Shown here piece after piece: positions 1 through 9,054 of a stretch of 64,000 nt of DNA (within the stretch, counting starts at the first letter, position 1; every line of letters starts with the position of its first letter). The notes below the pieces were generated by a model. It had not been told where the DNA came from. It saw only the letters and a list, made by a program, of their open reading frames with translations, and made no database searches. The stretch lies in the NCBI RefSeq assembly GCF_044792175.1, contig NZ_CP172866.1. One strand, written 5' to 3'. The position numbers were made by a program, and so were the translations under genes. The DNA comes from Corallococcus coralloides (GTDB lineage Bacteria; Myxococcota; Myxococcia; Myxococcales; Myxococcaceae).

Positions 1-1929
1 TCCGAGCGCCCCGTGCCGCTGGACTTCGACTACCGCGAGGTGCCGCTGCACGAGACCATCCAGGACCTCATCGCGCGCGGGAAGTACCCCGTCTACCTGG
101 TGAACTTCACGCAGCGGGCCGCGGCCGAGCAGGCGCAGAACCTGATGTCCGTGGACTTCAACACCAAGGAAGAGAAGGAGGAGATCCGCCAGGCGCTGCT
201 GGACGCCCCCTTCGACACGCCCTACGGCAAGGACTTCCAGCGCTTCCTGCGCCACGGCATCGGCATGCACCACGCGGGCCTGCTGCCCAAGTACCGCCTG
301 CTGGTGGAGAAGCTGGCGCAGCAGGGCCTGCTCAAGGTCATCAGCGGCACGGACACGCTGGGCGTGGGCGTGAACATCCCCATCCGCACGGTGCTCTTCA
401 CGCAGTTGTTCAAGTTCAACGGCGAGAAGCTGGCGACCTTGAGCGTGCGCGACTTCAAGCAGATCGCCGGCCGTGCGGGCCGCAAGGGCTTCGACACCGA
501 GGGCAGCGTGGTGGCGCAGGCCCCGGAGTACATGATTGAGAACATCCGCCAGGCGGCGAAGGAGGCTGCGGGCAAGAAGAAGTCCCCCAAGGCGAAGCCG
601 CCGCAGAAGGGCTTCGTGCAGTACGACAAGAGCACCTTCGAGCGGCTCCAGAACGGCCTGCCGGAGCCGCTGGAGTCGCGCTTCGACGTGACCCACGGCC
701 TGCTGCTCAACCTGCTCCAGAGCGACAAGACGGAGGGCAGCGGCGGCTACCGGCGGCTGGTGCAGTTGGTGATGCGCTCGCACAGCTCCGACTACACGAA
801 GAAGAAGATCCTGAAGGACGCGGCGATGTACTTCCGCACGCTGCGCGAAGCGGGCATCGTCAAGGTGGTGCAGTGGGAGAAGCACTCGGCGACGGTGGAG
901 GTGTCGGAGGACCTGCAGCGCGACTTCAGCCTCAACCACACGCTGTCCCTGTACCTGCATGAGACGCTGGAGCTGTTGGACCCCACGCTGGACACGTACG
1001 CGCTGGACGTCGTCACGCTGGTGGAGTCCATCCTGGAGAACCCGGAGGTGGTGCTGTACGCGCAGTTGCACCAGTTGAAGGGGGAGAAGATCCAGGAGAT
1101 GAAGGCGCGGGGCGTGGAGTACGACGACCGCATGGAGGAGCTGGAGAAGCTGGAGTGGCCCAAGCCCAACCGTGAGTTCATCTACGGCACCTTCAACGCC
1201 TTCGCGAAGAAGCACCCGTGGGTGGGCGAGGAGAACATCCGGCCCAAGTCCATTGTCCGGGACATGTTCGAGCGCTTCATGTCCTTCCACGACTACGTGC
1301 GCGAGTACGGCCTGCAGCGCAGCGAGGGCGTGCTGCTGCGCTACGTGGGGGACGTCTACAAGTCGCTGGTGCAGACGGTCCCGGAGAAGTTCCGCAACGA
1401 GGACCTGGACGACATCATCGACCACCTGCGCGCGACGCTGCGTCAGGTGGACTCCAGCCTCCTGGACGAGTGGGAGCGGATGCGCAACCCGGAGGCCCCC
1501 ATCGAAGTGAAGCCGGTGGTGGACCTCAAGCCCAAGGAGCTCACGGAGGACCCCAAGGCCTTCGCCGCGCGCGTGCGCGAGGAGCTGCACCGGCTGCTGC
1601 GCGCGCTGGGCCAGCGCCGCTACCTGGACGCGCTGGGCATGCTGGACAACGCGCTGGGCGAGTGGACCGCGCCGAAGCTGGAGCAGGCCATGGCGCCGTA
1701 CTTCGAGGAGCACAAGCTGGTGGTGCTCACGCCCCAGGCGCGCAAGCCGGCGAACACGCAGCTCAAGGAGTCCGGTACGCGCCAGTGGGAGGCCCAGCAG
1801 CGCATCATGGACCCCGAGGGCCATGGGGACTGGGTCATCGACTGTGAGATTGACCTGCGCGGCCGGCGCATGGACGACGGCCCCATCCTGATGCTGCGCC
1901 GCATTGGCGGCATGGCCGCCTGGTCGTAG
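1..1929 (+). CDS. DEAD/DEAH-box (Ski2-like) helicase, C-terminal part with DUF3516-type tail; 5' end lies outside the window
   Basis: Frame 1 is open from nt 1. It has a helicase C-terminal motif block (HHAGLLPKYR..VISGTDTLGVGVNIPIRTVLF), then a long conserved tail typical of DUF3516 helicases. Stop at 1929. Confidence 0.75.
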   Translation, partial: SERPVPLDFDYREVPLHETIQDLIARGKYPVYLVNFTQRAAAEQAQNLMSVDFNTKEEKEEIRQALLDAPFDTPYGKDFQRFLRHGIGMHHAGLLPKYRLLVEKLAQQGLLKVISGTDTLGVGVNIPIRTVLFTQLFKFNGEKLATLSVRDFKQIAGRAGRKGFDTEGSVVAQAPEYMIENIRQAAKEAAGKKKSPKAKPPQKGFVQYDKSTFERLQNGLPEPLESRFDVTHGLLLNLLQSDKTEGSGGYRRLVQLVMRSHSSDYTKKKILKDAAMYFRTLREAGIVKVVQWEKHSATVEVSEDLQRDFSLNHTLSLYLHETLELLDPTLDTYALDVVTLVESILENPEVVLYAQLHQLKGEKIQEMKARGVEYDDRMEELEKLEWPKPNREFIYGTFNAFAKKHPWVGEENIRPKSIVRDMFERFMSFHDYVREYGLQRSEGVLLRYVGDVYKSLVQTVPEKFRNEDLDDIIDHLRATLRQVDSSLLDEWERMRNPEAPIEVKPVVDLKPKELTEDPKAFAARVREELHRLLRALGQRRYLDALGMLDNALGEWTAPKLEQAMAPYFEEHKLVVLTPQARKPANTQLKESGTRQWEAQQRIMDPEGHGDWVIDCEIDLRGRRMDDGPILMLRRIGGMAAWS

Positions 1930-1935
1930 GGCGTA

Positions 1936-2229
1936 TCAGGCGGGCGGCGGCTTGGTGATTCCGGAGCCTTGGGCCGCCTCGCGCACGGTGCGGGCGGCGA
2001 CCTCCACCTCCGCGAGGATGCGGCGCGCGTGCTGGAGCAGGGCCTCGCCGGTGGGCAACAGGCGCATGCCCTTGGGGACACGCTCGAAGAGGGGCGTGCC
2101 CAGCTCATCCTCCAGGGCGAGGATGTGACGGCTGAGCGGCGGCTGGGTGAGGTGCAGCCGGCGCGCGGCCCGGCCCACGTGGCCCTCTTCCGCCACCGCG
2201 ACGAAGGACTGGAGGTGCGTGATGCTCAC
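1936..2229 (-). CDS. LysR-family N-terminal HTH domain only (97 aa); truncated LysR or stand-alone HTH protein
   Basis: MSITHLQSFVAVAEEGHVGRAARRLHLTQPPLSRHILALEDELGTPLFER is a canonical LysR wHTH. The ORF stops right after the linker, with no substrate-binding domain. It is convergent with the helicase, 6 nt from its stop. Confidence 0.45.
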   Translation of the reverse strand: MSITHLQSFVAVAEEGHVGRAARRLHLTQPPLSRHILALEDELGTPLFERVPKGMRLLPTGEALLQHARRILAEVEVAARTVREAAQGSGITKPPPA

Positions 2230-2321
2230 GCGCGGGAGGCTAGCGCGAGTCGTGCGCGCCGTGCACCCAGGCCGCGTGATGCCAGAACAGCATTGGACGT
2301 TCCGGACGGGCGGGTGCCACC

Positions 2322-3122
2322 TTGCCCGCCATGGGCATCCCTCTCTTCAAGGGCAGTGAAGTGGAACGGCTGCGGCTGGCGGGCCGCGCGGCGGCGGGCA
2401 CGTTGGAGCACGTGGCCTCTCGGCTCCAGCCGGGCGTGACGACGGCGGACATCGACGCGTGGGTTCGCGAGGACACGGCCCGGCGCGGAGGCACCCCGAG
2501 CCAACTGGGCTACAAGGGCTTCCCGGCCACGGTGTGCACCAGCCGCAACCACGTGGTGTGCCATGGCGTCCCGCGCGCGGATGAGGTGCTGAAGCCCGGC
2601 GACATCGTCAACGTGGACGTGACGACGCACCTGGACGGCTTCCACGGCGACACGTCCGCCACGTTCATGATTTGCGAGGTCTCCGCGGACGCGAAGCACG
2701 TGGTGGACGTGGCGCGGCGCTGCCGGGACGTGGGCGTGTCCGTGGTGCGGCACGGCGCGCGGCTGGGGGACATTGGCGCGGCGGTGACGGCGCTGGCGAA
2801 GGCGGAGGGGTGCAGCGTGGTGGAGGAGTTCGGGGGCCACGGCATCGGCAGGCAGATGCACGGGGAGCCGCACGTGCCGCACGTAGCCAGGGCGGGCACG
2901 GGCATCACGCTGAAGTCGGGGATGGTCATCACCATCGAGCCGATGATCAACCTGGGGCGGCCGGACATCCGGATGATGCCGGACGGGTGGACCGTCGTGA
3001 CCGCGGACGGCAGCCTGTCCGCGCAGTTCGAGCACACCGTGCTCGTCACCCGCGACGGCTGCGAGATCCTCACCCCCAGTGAGCTGTCCCTGCACATCCC
3101 CGTGAGCCATCCGAAAAGCTGA
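2322..3122 (+). CDS. map: type I methionine aminopeptidase
   Basis: Pita-bread fold motifs: VCHGVP, DIVNVDVT, GFHGD, HGIGRQMHGEP, ITIEPM, QFEHTVLVT. 266 aa. Confidence 0.85.
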   Translation: MPAMGIPLFKGSEVERLRLAGRAAAGTLEHVASRLQPGVTTADIDAWVREDTARRGGTPSQLGYKGFPATVCTSRNHVVCHGVPRADEVLKPGDIVNVDVTTHLDGFHGDTSATFMICEVSADAKHVVDVARRCRDVGVSVVRHGARLGDIGAAVTALAKAEGCSVVEEFGGHGIGRQMHGEPHVPHVARAGTGITLKSGMVITIEPMINLGRPDIRMMPDGWTVVTADGSLSAQFEHTVLVTRDGCEILTPSELSLHIPVSHPKS

Positions 3123-3179
3123 TGGCTCATCGCTTCTGACATCTGGTGTCCGCAGGCAGCCAGGCGCATCTCCTGGCGA

Positions 3180-4157
3180 ATGGAAACGCCTCCACCGCTC
3201 CCTGTTGTCCGTCCCCGGGCCTGGACGGCAGGGCATGTCGTGATGCCGCTCGGCGCGGCGCTCTGCCTGCTGCCTTCCGTCTCCACCGGCGTGGCGCTGC
3301 TCGCGGGGCTGTGCGTGGCCCTGACCGTGGGGAATCCGTTCGCGGGGAAGACGCGAGCCCTGACGCCCCGGCTGTTGTCCCTGGCGGTGGTGGGGCTGGG
3401 CGCGGGCATGGACCTGCGCACGGTGCTCGCCGCGGGGCGTGAGGGGCTGGGCTACACGGTGGTGGGCATCGCGCTGTGTTTGACGCTGGGCGTGGGGCTC
3501 GCCCGGCTGCTGGGCGTGCCTCGCGTGACGGGGCTGCTCATCAGCGTGGGCACGGCCATCTGCGGTGGGAGCGCCATCGCGGCGGTGGTGCCGGTGCTGC
3601 GGCCCCAGGAGCATGAGACGTCGGTGGCCCTGGGGACGGTGTTCCTGCTCAATGCCGTGGCGCTGTTCGTCTTCCCCGTCGTGGGGCACGCGGTGGGGCT
3701 GACGCCGCACCAGTTCGGACTGTGGTGCGCGATGGCCATCCACGACACCAGCTCCGTGGTGGGCGCGGCGCTGCGCTACGGCCCGGAGGCACTGGCGGTG
3801 GCCACGCCCGTGAAGCTGGCGCGGGCACTGTGGATCCTCCCGCTGACGGTGGGCCTGGCCGCGTGGCGGCGGCGCGAGGGCCACACGGTGACGGGCCGGG
3901 TGCGCCGGCCGTGGTTCATCGCCGGGTTCCTCGGCGCGGCGGCGCTCGTGACGGTGTTCCCGTCCCTGGAGCCGGTGGGGCAGGGCGTGGCGGCCGTCGC
4001 CCGGCAGGTGCTCGTGGTGACGCTGTTCCTGCTGGGAGCGGGGCTGACGCGCGAGACGTTGAAGGCCGTGGGCCTCCGTCCGCTCGCGCAGGCGGTGGTG
4101 CTGTGGCTGATCGTGGCGGGCCTGTGCCTGGGCGCGCTGCTCCTGGGCTGGGCGTGA
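3180..4157 (+). CDS. YeiH/UPF0324 family putative sulfate-exporter-like membrane protein
   Basis: Polytopic hydrophobic protein with the conserved YeiH region (MAIHDTSSVVGAALRYGPEALAVATPVKLARALWILPL). The start could be the internal Met at 3243. Confidence 0.7.
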   Translation: METPPPLPVVRPRAWTAGHVVMPLGAALCLLPSVSTGVALLAGLCVALTVGNPFAGKTRALTPRLLSLAVVGLGAGMDLRTVLAAGREGLGYTVVGIALCLTLGVGLARLLGVPRVTGLLISVGTAICGGSAIAAVVPVLRPQEHETSVALGTVFLLNAVALFVFPVVGHAVGLTPHQFGLWCAMAIHDTSSVVGAALRYGPEALAVATPVKLARALWILPLTVGLAAWRRREGHTVTGRVRRPWFIAGFLGAAALVTVFPSLEPVGQGVAAVARQVLVVTLFLLGAGLTRETLKAVGLRPLAQAVVLWLIVAGLCLGALLLGWA

Positions 4158-4166
4158 GCCTCCGGC

Positions 4167-5081
4167 TCAGGGCAGCAGCACGGGGGGCGTGGCGCGGGCA
4201 TGGCGCAGGAAGCGGCCCGCGGCTCCGGATGGCTCGGCCACGGGCAGGGCCCAGGAGAAGGCTCGCGGGATTCGCAGCCCCGGGACGGGCAGCACCTGGA
4301 AGCGGCCCTGGGACAGCTCGCCGTCGATGCTCCAGCGGGACAACAGCGCCACGCCCAGGCCCAGGGACACGGCCCGCTTGATCGCCTCGGTGCTGCCCAA
4401 CTGGAGGTCTCCGCGTCGCGGCCCCTTGCGCACGCCCGCCTTGCGCAGGGCCCTATCCAACACGGCGCGCGTGCCGGAGCCCTGCTCCCGCCACAAGAGC
4501 GGCACCTCTCGCAGCGCCTCCATGGTGCGGATCCGCGACCACTCGGCCGGCCCCTGGGACGAGACGACCGGCACCAGCTCGTCATCCAGGTAGCGCTCCA
4601 GCCGGATGCCGGGCGCCCTCGCGTGGCCCTCCACCAGCCCGAGCGGTACCCGGCCCTCCGACAGCCACGTCAGCACGTCGCGCGTATTGCCCACTTCCAG
4701 ACGGACCTGGAGCTCGCGGTGCGTCCGCAGGAAGGACGCCAGCAGGCCCGGCACGATGGCGTTGGCCACGGTGGTGCTCGCCGCCAGCGCCAGCTCTCCC
4801 GTGAGCGTCTCCTCCGCCGCGATGGCGAGCGCCGCCTCGTCCAGCAGGCCGTGGATGCGCTGGGCATAGTCGAAGAGCACGCGCCCCGCCGCGTTCAGCC
4901 GCACCCCGCGTGCCGTGCGCACGAGGAGCGGTTGGCCGCAGTCCGCCTCCAGTTGCCGGACCTGCGCGGTGACCGCGGGCTGCGACAGGTGGAGCAGGCG
5001 CGAGGCGGCGGAGATCTGCCCGGTCGAGGCGACGACGCGGAAGGTTTCGAGCCGGCGGGGGTCGACGAACAAGGCCGTCAT
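4167..5081 (-). CDS. LysR-family transcriptional regulator
   Basis: MTALFVDPRRLETFRVVASTGQISAASRLLHLSQPAVTAQVRQLE is the HTH, followed by a full LysR substrate-binding domain. The real start is the Met at 5081; the upstream part of ORF 4167..5687 is a frame artefact. Convergent with yeiH. Confidence 0.8.
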   Translation of the reverse strand: MTALFVDPRRLETFRVVASTGQISAASRLLHLSQPAVTAQVRQLEADCGQPLLVRTARGVRLNAAGRVLFDYAQRIHGLLDEAALAIAAEETLTGELALAASTTVANAIVPGLLASFLRTHRELQVRLEVGNTRDVLTWLSEGRVPLGLVEGHARAPGIRLERYLDDELVPVVSSQGPAEWSRIRTMEALREVPLLWREQGSGTRAVLDRALRKAGVRKGPRRGDLQLGSTEAIKRAVSLGLGVALLSRWSIDGELSQGRFQVLPVPGLRIPRAFSWALPVAEPSGAAGRFLRHARATPPVLLP

Positions 5082-5214
5082 CCTAGACGAGGCGCGAAAG
5101 AGGGGGCGCCCGCATCGCTGGGTGTTGAGAAGGGGGCGCTTGCGTCCGCCTGCCCGGCCGGGCAGGCGGTGGTTCTCGTTGGAAGCGTCAGGGCCTTTGA
5201 TAGGTTGCCGCCCC

Positions 5215-6231
5215 ATGAAGAAGATTTTGGTCGCGCTCCTCGTGCTCATCGTCCTGGCGGTCGCGGGTGCAGGCGGCGTGTTCATGCACTTCCAGAACGC
5301 CACCACCGCGCCGCACGCGGCGGCGGATCCGGCGCCCAGGGAGTTCGTGGTGAAGAAGGGCGCGTCCGCGCGCTCGCTGGGCCAGCAGCTCCAGGCCCAG
5401 GGCTTCCTGGACGACCCCAACGTCTGGCGCTTCCACCTGTGGCGCCGGGGCAGCCTCAACGTGAAGGCCGGCCGCTTCATGCTCAGCCCCACCGCCTCCG
5501 TGGCGGAGCTCGCCAACGCCCTGGAAGGCCAGCCGCTGCCGGAGGACGTGCCCTTCGCGATGATCGAAGGCTGGCGCCTGCGCGACACCGACCAGGTGCT
5601 CGCCGCCCAGGGGCTCATCAAGCCCGGGGAGTACATCGCCGCGGCCAGCCAGCCGGGCCGCTTCGCCGCGCCGTTCCCGCTGCCCACGCGCAGCCTGGAG
5701 GGCTACCTCTACCCGGAGACGTACGGGATCATCGCGGCCAACTTCAAGGTGGAGTCCTTCATCCAGCGGCAGATCGACACCTTCCGCGCGCGCTTCTACG
5801 ACGAGCACAAGGACGAGATCGCCAAGAGCGGCCGGTCGCTGCACGACATCGTCGTGATGGCCTCCATGCTGGAGCGCGAGGAGCCCGTGCCCTCCCAGCG
5901 CGCGCTCGTCGCGGGCATCCTCTGGAAGCGCGTGGACAAGGGCTTCCCGCTGGGCGTGGACGCCACCAGCCGCTACGAGCTGGCGGAGTGGAACGACCGC
6001 AAGGCGTTCCTCAAGCGGCTGCGGGACAACTCGGATCCGTGGAACTCGCGCACCCGCGCGGGCCTGCCGCCGGGCCCCATTGGCGCGCCCACGGTGGACT
6101 CGCTGCTCGCCGCGCTGCGGCCGGTGAAGAGCGACTACTGGTACTACCTGCACGACGCGCAGAAGGTCCTGCACCCGTCGCGCAACGCGCAGGAGCACGA
6201 GGCGCTCCGCGCCAAGTACAACGTGTACTGA
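5215..6231 (+). CDS. mltG: endolytic murein transglycosylase MltG (YceG family)
   Basis: MKKILVALLVLIVLAV is an N-terminal TM anchor. YceG signatures present: EGYLYPETY, LIVASMLEREE, GLPPGPIGAPT. The start is the internal Met of ORF 4915..6231. Confidence 0.85.
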   Translation: MKKILVALLVLIVLAVAGAGGVFMHFQNATTAPHAAADPAPREFVVKKGASARSLGQQLQAQGFLDDPNVWRFHLWRRGSLNVKAGRFMLSPTASVAELANALEGQPLPEDVPFAMIEGWRLRDTDQVLAAQGLIKPGEYIAAASQPGRFAAPFPLPTRSLEGYLYPETYGIIAANFKVESFIQRQIDTFRARFYDEHKDEIAKSGRSLHDIVVMASMLEREEPVPSQRALVAGILWKRVDKGFPLGVDATSRYELAEWNDRKAFLKRLRDNSDPWNSRTRAGLPPGPIGAPTVDSLLAALRPVKSDYWYYLHDAQKVLHPSRNAQEHEALRAKYNVY

Positions 6232-6240
6232 GGCGCCACC

Positions 6241-7935
6241 ATGACGTCCCCCCTCCTGGACCCGAGCCGCGTCTCCACGCCCCCCGCCGGCGCGGAGGCC
6301 GCCTTGCGAGAGGAGGTGGCCTTCCTGCGTCAGGAGACCGAGCGGCTGCGCCGGCTGCTGGAGACCGCGGCGCAGGTCACCTGGTCGACGGACCCCGCCA
6401 GGGAGGCGCTGACGCCCGTCTCCGCGTCGTGGACGGCCTTCACCGGCCAGACGCCGGAGCAGATGCGCGACCAGGGGTGGCTCCTCGCCCTGCACCCGGA
6501 TGACCGGGCCGGGGCCCTGGCGGCGTGGGAGCGGGCCAGGACGGGGCCGTCGCTCTTCTCCACGCGCTACCGGCTGCGGCGCGCGGATGGCGCGTACGTG
6601 TGGATGCTCGTCCGGGCCATGCCCATACCGGGGCCGGATGGCGCCGTGAGTGAATGGGTGGGCACCTGCGTCGACATCCAGGCTCAGGTCCTGGGCGAGC
6701 AGCGCTCCGCGTTCCTCGCGCGGGCCAGCGAGCTGTTCGCGTCGTCGCCGGAGGCCTCCGCCACGCTGGCGTCGCTGGCGAACCTGTCGGTGTCGGCGCT
6801 CGCGGACTGGTGCATCGTGGACGTGCTGCACCCGGACGGCCACTTCGAGCGCGCCCAGGTGGTGACGGCGGACCCCTCCCAGGCGCAGCTCGCGGCCGCC
6901 GTGCAGCGGCTGGCGCCGGTGCCCCAGGAGCGGCCCGTCTATCCTCCCGCGGTGGCGCTGGCGACGGGCCAGTCCACCCTGGTGCCGGAGGTCACGGAGG
7001 CGGTGATGCGCTCCGTGGCGCAGGACGCGGACCACCTGGAGACGATGCGCCGGGTGGGCATCCGCTCGCTGCTCACCGTGCCGCTCCTGGCCCGCGGCCA
7101 CATCCTGGGCGCGCTGTCCTTCCTGGTCACCACCTCCAGCCGCCGGTATGGCGACGAGGACCTGCGCTTCGCCCAGGAGCTGGCGAACGTGGCCGCGCTC
7201 GCGGTGGACAACGCGCGGCTGCTCCAGGGCGCGCGCGAGGCCATCCGCCTGCGCGACGAGTTCCTCTCCATCGCGAGCCATGAGCTGAAGACGCCGCTCA
7301 CGCCGCTGAGCCTGAAGCTCCAGGCGCTGTCGCGCGCGGTGAAGTCGCACCCGGACTCGCCGCTGGCCCCGGTCATCCAGGCCCACGTGGAGACGGGGCA
7401 CCGCCAGGTCCGCCGGCTCACGGAGCTGATGAACGACCTGCTGGACGTGTCCCGCATCAGCGCTGGCACCTTCCGCCTGCAGCGCGAGGACGTGGACGTC
7501 GCGGAGGTGGTGCGCGAGGTGGCCGCGAGCTTCGCGCCCCGGTTCGCCCTGGAGCACTGCGACTTCCAGGTGGAGGCCCCGGAGTCGGTGCGCGGCAGCT
7601 TCGATCGGGCGCGGCTGGCGCAGGTGTTGGATCACCTGCTGGACAACGCCCTCAAGTACGGCGCCGGGACGCCGGTGTCCGTGCGGCTGGTGGCGGACGG
7701 GCCCGTGGCGCGGCTCACGGTGCGGGACGGGGGCATCGGCGTCCCGCCGGAGCAGCGGCCCCGCCTCTTCGAGCGCTACGGCCGCGCGGTGTCCGAGCGC
7801 CACTATGGCGGCCTGGGACTGGGGCTCTACCTCACCCGCACCATCGTGGAGGCCGAGGGCGGGTGCGTGTCCCTGGAGAGCCGCCTGGGCGAGGGCGCGG
7901 CGTTCACGGTGGAGCTGCCGCTCACGCGGTCCTGA
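6241..7935 (+). CDS. sensor histidine kinase with PAS, GAF, HisKA and HATPase_c domains (orphan, no adjacent response regulator)
   Basis: PAS block (YRLRRADGAYVWMLVRAMPIPGPDGAVSEWVGTCVDIQAQ), GAF region, H-box (FLSIASHELKTPLTP), and G-boxes (RDGGIGVPPEQ, YGGLGLGL). Confidence 0.8.
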   Translation: MTSPLLDPSRVSTPPAGAEAALREEVAFLRQETERLRRLLETAAQVTWSTDPAREALTPVSASWTAFTGQTPEQMRDQGWLLALHPDDRAGALAAWERARTGPSLFSTRYRLRRADGAYVWMLVRAMPIPGPDGAVSEWVGTCVDIQAQVLGEQRSAFLARASELFASSPEASATLASLANLSVSALADWCIVDVLHPDGHFERAQVVTADPSQAQLAAAVQRLAPVPQERPVYPPAVALATGQSTLVPEVTEAVMRSVAQDADHLETMRRVGIRSLLTVPLLARGHILGALSFLVTTSSRRYGDEDLRFAQELANVAALAVDNARLLQGAREAIRLRDEFLSIASHELKTPLTPLSLKLQALSRAVKSHPDSPLAPVIQAHVETGHRQVRRLTELMNDLLDVSRISAGTFRLQREDVDVAEVVREVAASFAPRFALEHCDFQVEAPESVRGSFDRARLAQVLDHLLDNALKYGAGTPVSVRLVADGPVARLTVRDGGIGVPPEQRPRLFERYGRAVSERHYGGLGLGLYLTRTIVEAEGGCVSLESRLGEGAAFTVELPLTRS

Positions 7936-7939
7936 GCCG

Positions 7940-8905
7940 CTACGGCGCGCTCGTGCCGGGAGGCTCGGGCGACGTCTGGAACATGCCCGCGAGGATGCGC
8001 TCGGCCGCGTCCGCGAGCAGGTCCCGGGCCATGCGCGTCTCCTCGCCGAAGATGCCGCGCGACGTGTTCGCGTCCAGCACGTGCGTGGCCAGCAGCGCGA
8101 ACGCGGAGGGCTCGTCGAACGTCGCCTCCGACGACAGCACGCGCTTGCCGGGCTGTTGATCCTCTTCGTGGAAGCGCCCCTCCCACGTGTCGCCCAGGGT
8201 GATGGAGAAGTACTGCGCCGCCACGTTGCCGGGCCGCGACATGTGCGACGCGGCCACCACGGCGCGCAACTGGCCGCGCTCGTCCCCGGTCATCTCGCGT
8301 TTCCACGCCTCGACGGAGGCGTGCATGGTGTCGATCTGATCCCTCGCCGCGTCCTCGGCGTTCTTCATGAGGTCCGGCACCCGGGCGTGGATGAACGCGG
8401 AGAGCTCCGCCTGCGTTACCCGGTTCGCCGCCAGCACGCCGTCCACGAGCGCGAGCGACGCGTCGAGCAGGCGCTGCTGCCGCGCCAGCGCCTCGGCCGG
8501 AAGCCCCCGGCCTTCCAGGCTCGCGCGGGAGGCGGTGATGAGGCCGCGCAGGGTGAGGAGCCGCGTGCGCGTGTCGTCATCGAGCGCGCCCTTGCCGGCG
8601 AGCAGGACGTGGAGCGCGAGCGGCACGTGGGTGACGGCCTTGTACACGTGGTAGCGGCGCGTGCGCGCGGGCGCCTCGAAGCGCTGGCCGCCCTTGCGAA
8701 GGATGAGCACGTCGTCGATCTGCGCGATGACGGGCCCCATGCGGGACAGCACGGCGTCACGGCGCGCGGCGTACGCGTCGCGGAACGCCTGGTTGAGCAC
8801 GGAGATCGGATCCGCGGGCTCGAGCGCCACGCTTCGCGCGACCTCGGACGGCGGCTCGGGAGGAGGGGAAGGGGAGGCGGGACCAGCCACGGGGCACTCG
8901 GCCAT
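7940..8905 (-). CDS. conserved hypothetical protein
   Basis: Long ORF with coding-like composition and no recognisable motif. The start was chosen at MAECPV (8905). An alternative start at 8974 would abut the inferred terminator hairpin. Confidence 0.5.
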   Translation of the reverse strand: MAECPVAGPASPSPPPEPPSEVARSVALEPADPISVLNQAFRDAYAARRDAVLSRMGPVIAQIDDVLILRKGGQRFEAPARTRRYHVYKAVTHVPLALHVLLAGKGALDDDTRTRLLTLRGLITASRASLEGRGLPAEALARQQRLLDASLALVDGVLAANRVTQAELSAFIHARVPDLMKNAEDAARDQIDTMHASVEAWKREMTGDERGQLRAVVAASHMSRPGNVAAQYFSITLGDTWEGRFHEEDQQPGKRVLSSEATFDEPSAFALLATHVLDANTSRGIFGEETRMARDLLADAAERILAGMFQTSPEPPGTSAP

Positions 8906-8985
8906 GGCGCGCACCGTAGCGTCCCCCGCGCGCCCGTCATCCCCGGCCTCGCGTCGGTGTCCGGATTCCTGCAACCCGGAAGCGA

Positions 8986-9020
8986 AAGGCCGGCCCCGCG
9001 GCGAAGCGGAGGCCGGCCTT
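8986..9020 (-). terminator. GC-rich hairpin downstream of the inhA-like gene (10-bp perfect arms aaggccggcc/ggccggcctt)
   Basis: Seen directly in the sequence, 35 nt past the stop of the minus-strand protease gene. Confidence 0.4.
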
Positions 9021-9054
9021 CCTTCACGGCTCAGCGGTGACGGCGGTCAGGTGC

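Noticed and set aside
2226-3884. 552-aa minus-strand ORF overlapping map and yeiH
   Set aside because: Arg/His/Gly/Pro-rich low-complexity translation typical of antisense frames in 70%-GC DNA. The sense-strand genes have clear domain signatures.
4200-6503. 767-aa plus-strand ORF spanning the LysR antisense region and mltG
   Set aside because: Low-complexity frame artefact. It conflicts with two well-supported genes.
5188-7803. 871-aa minus-strand ORF antisense to mltG and the histidine kinase
   Set aside because: Antisense GC-frame artefact with no motifs and repetitive Arg/Gly/Leu composition.
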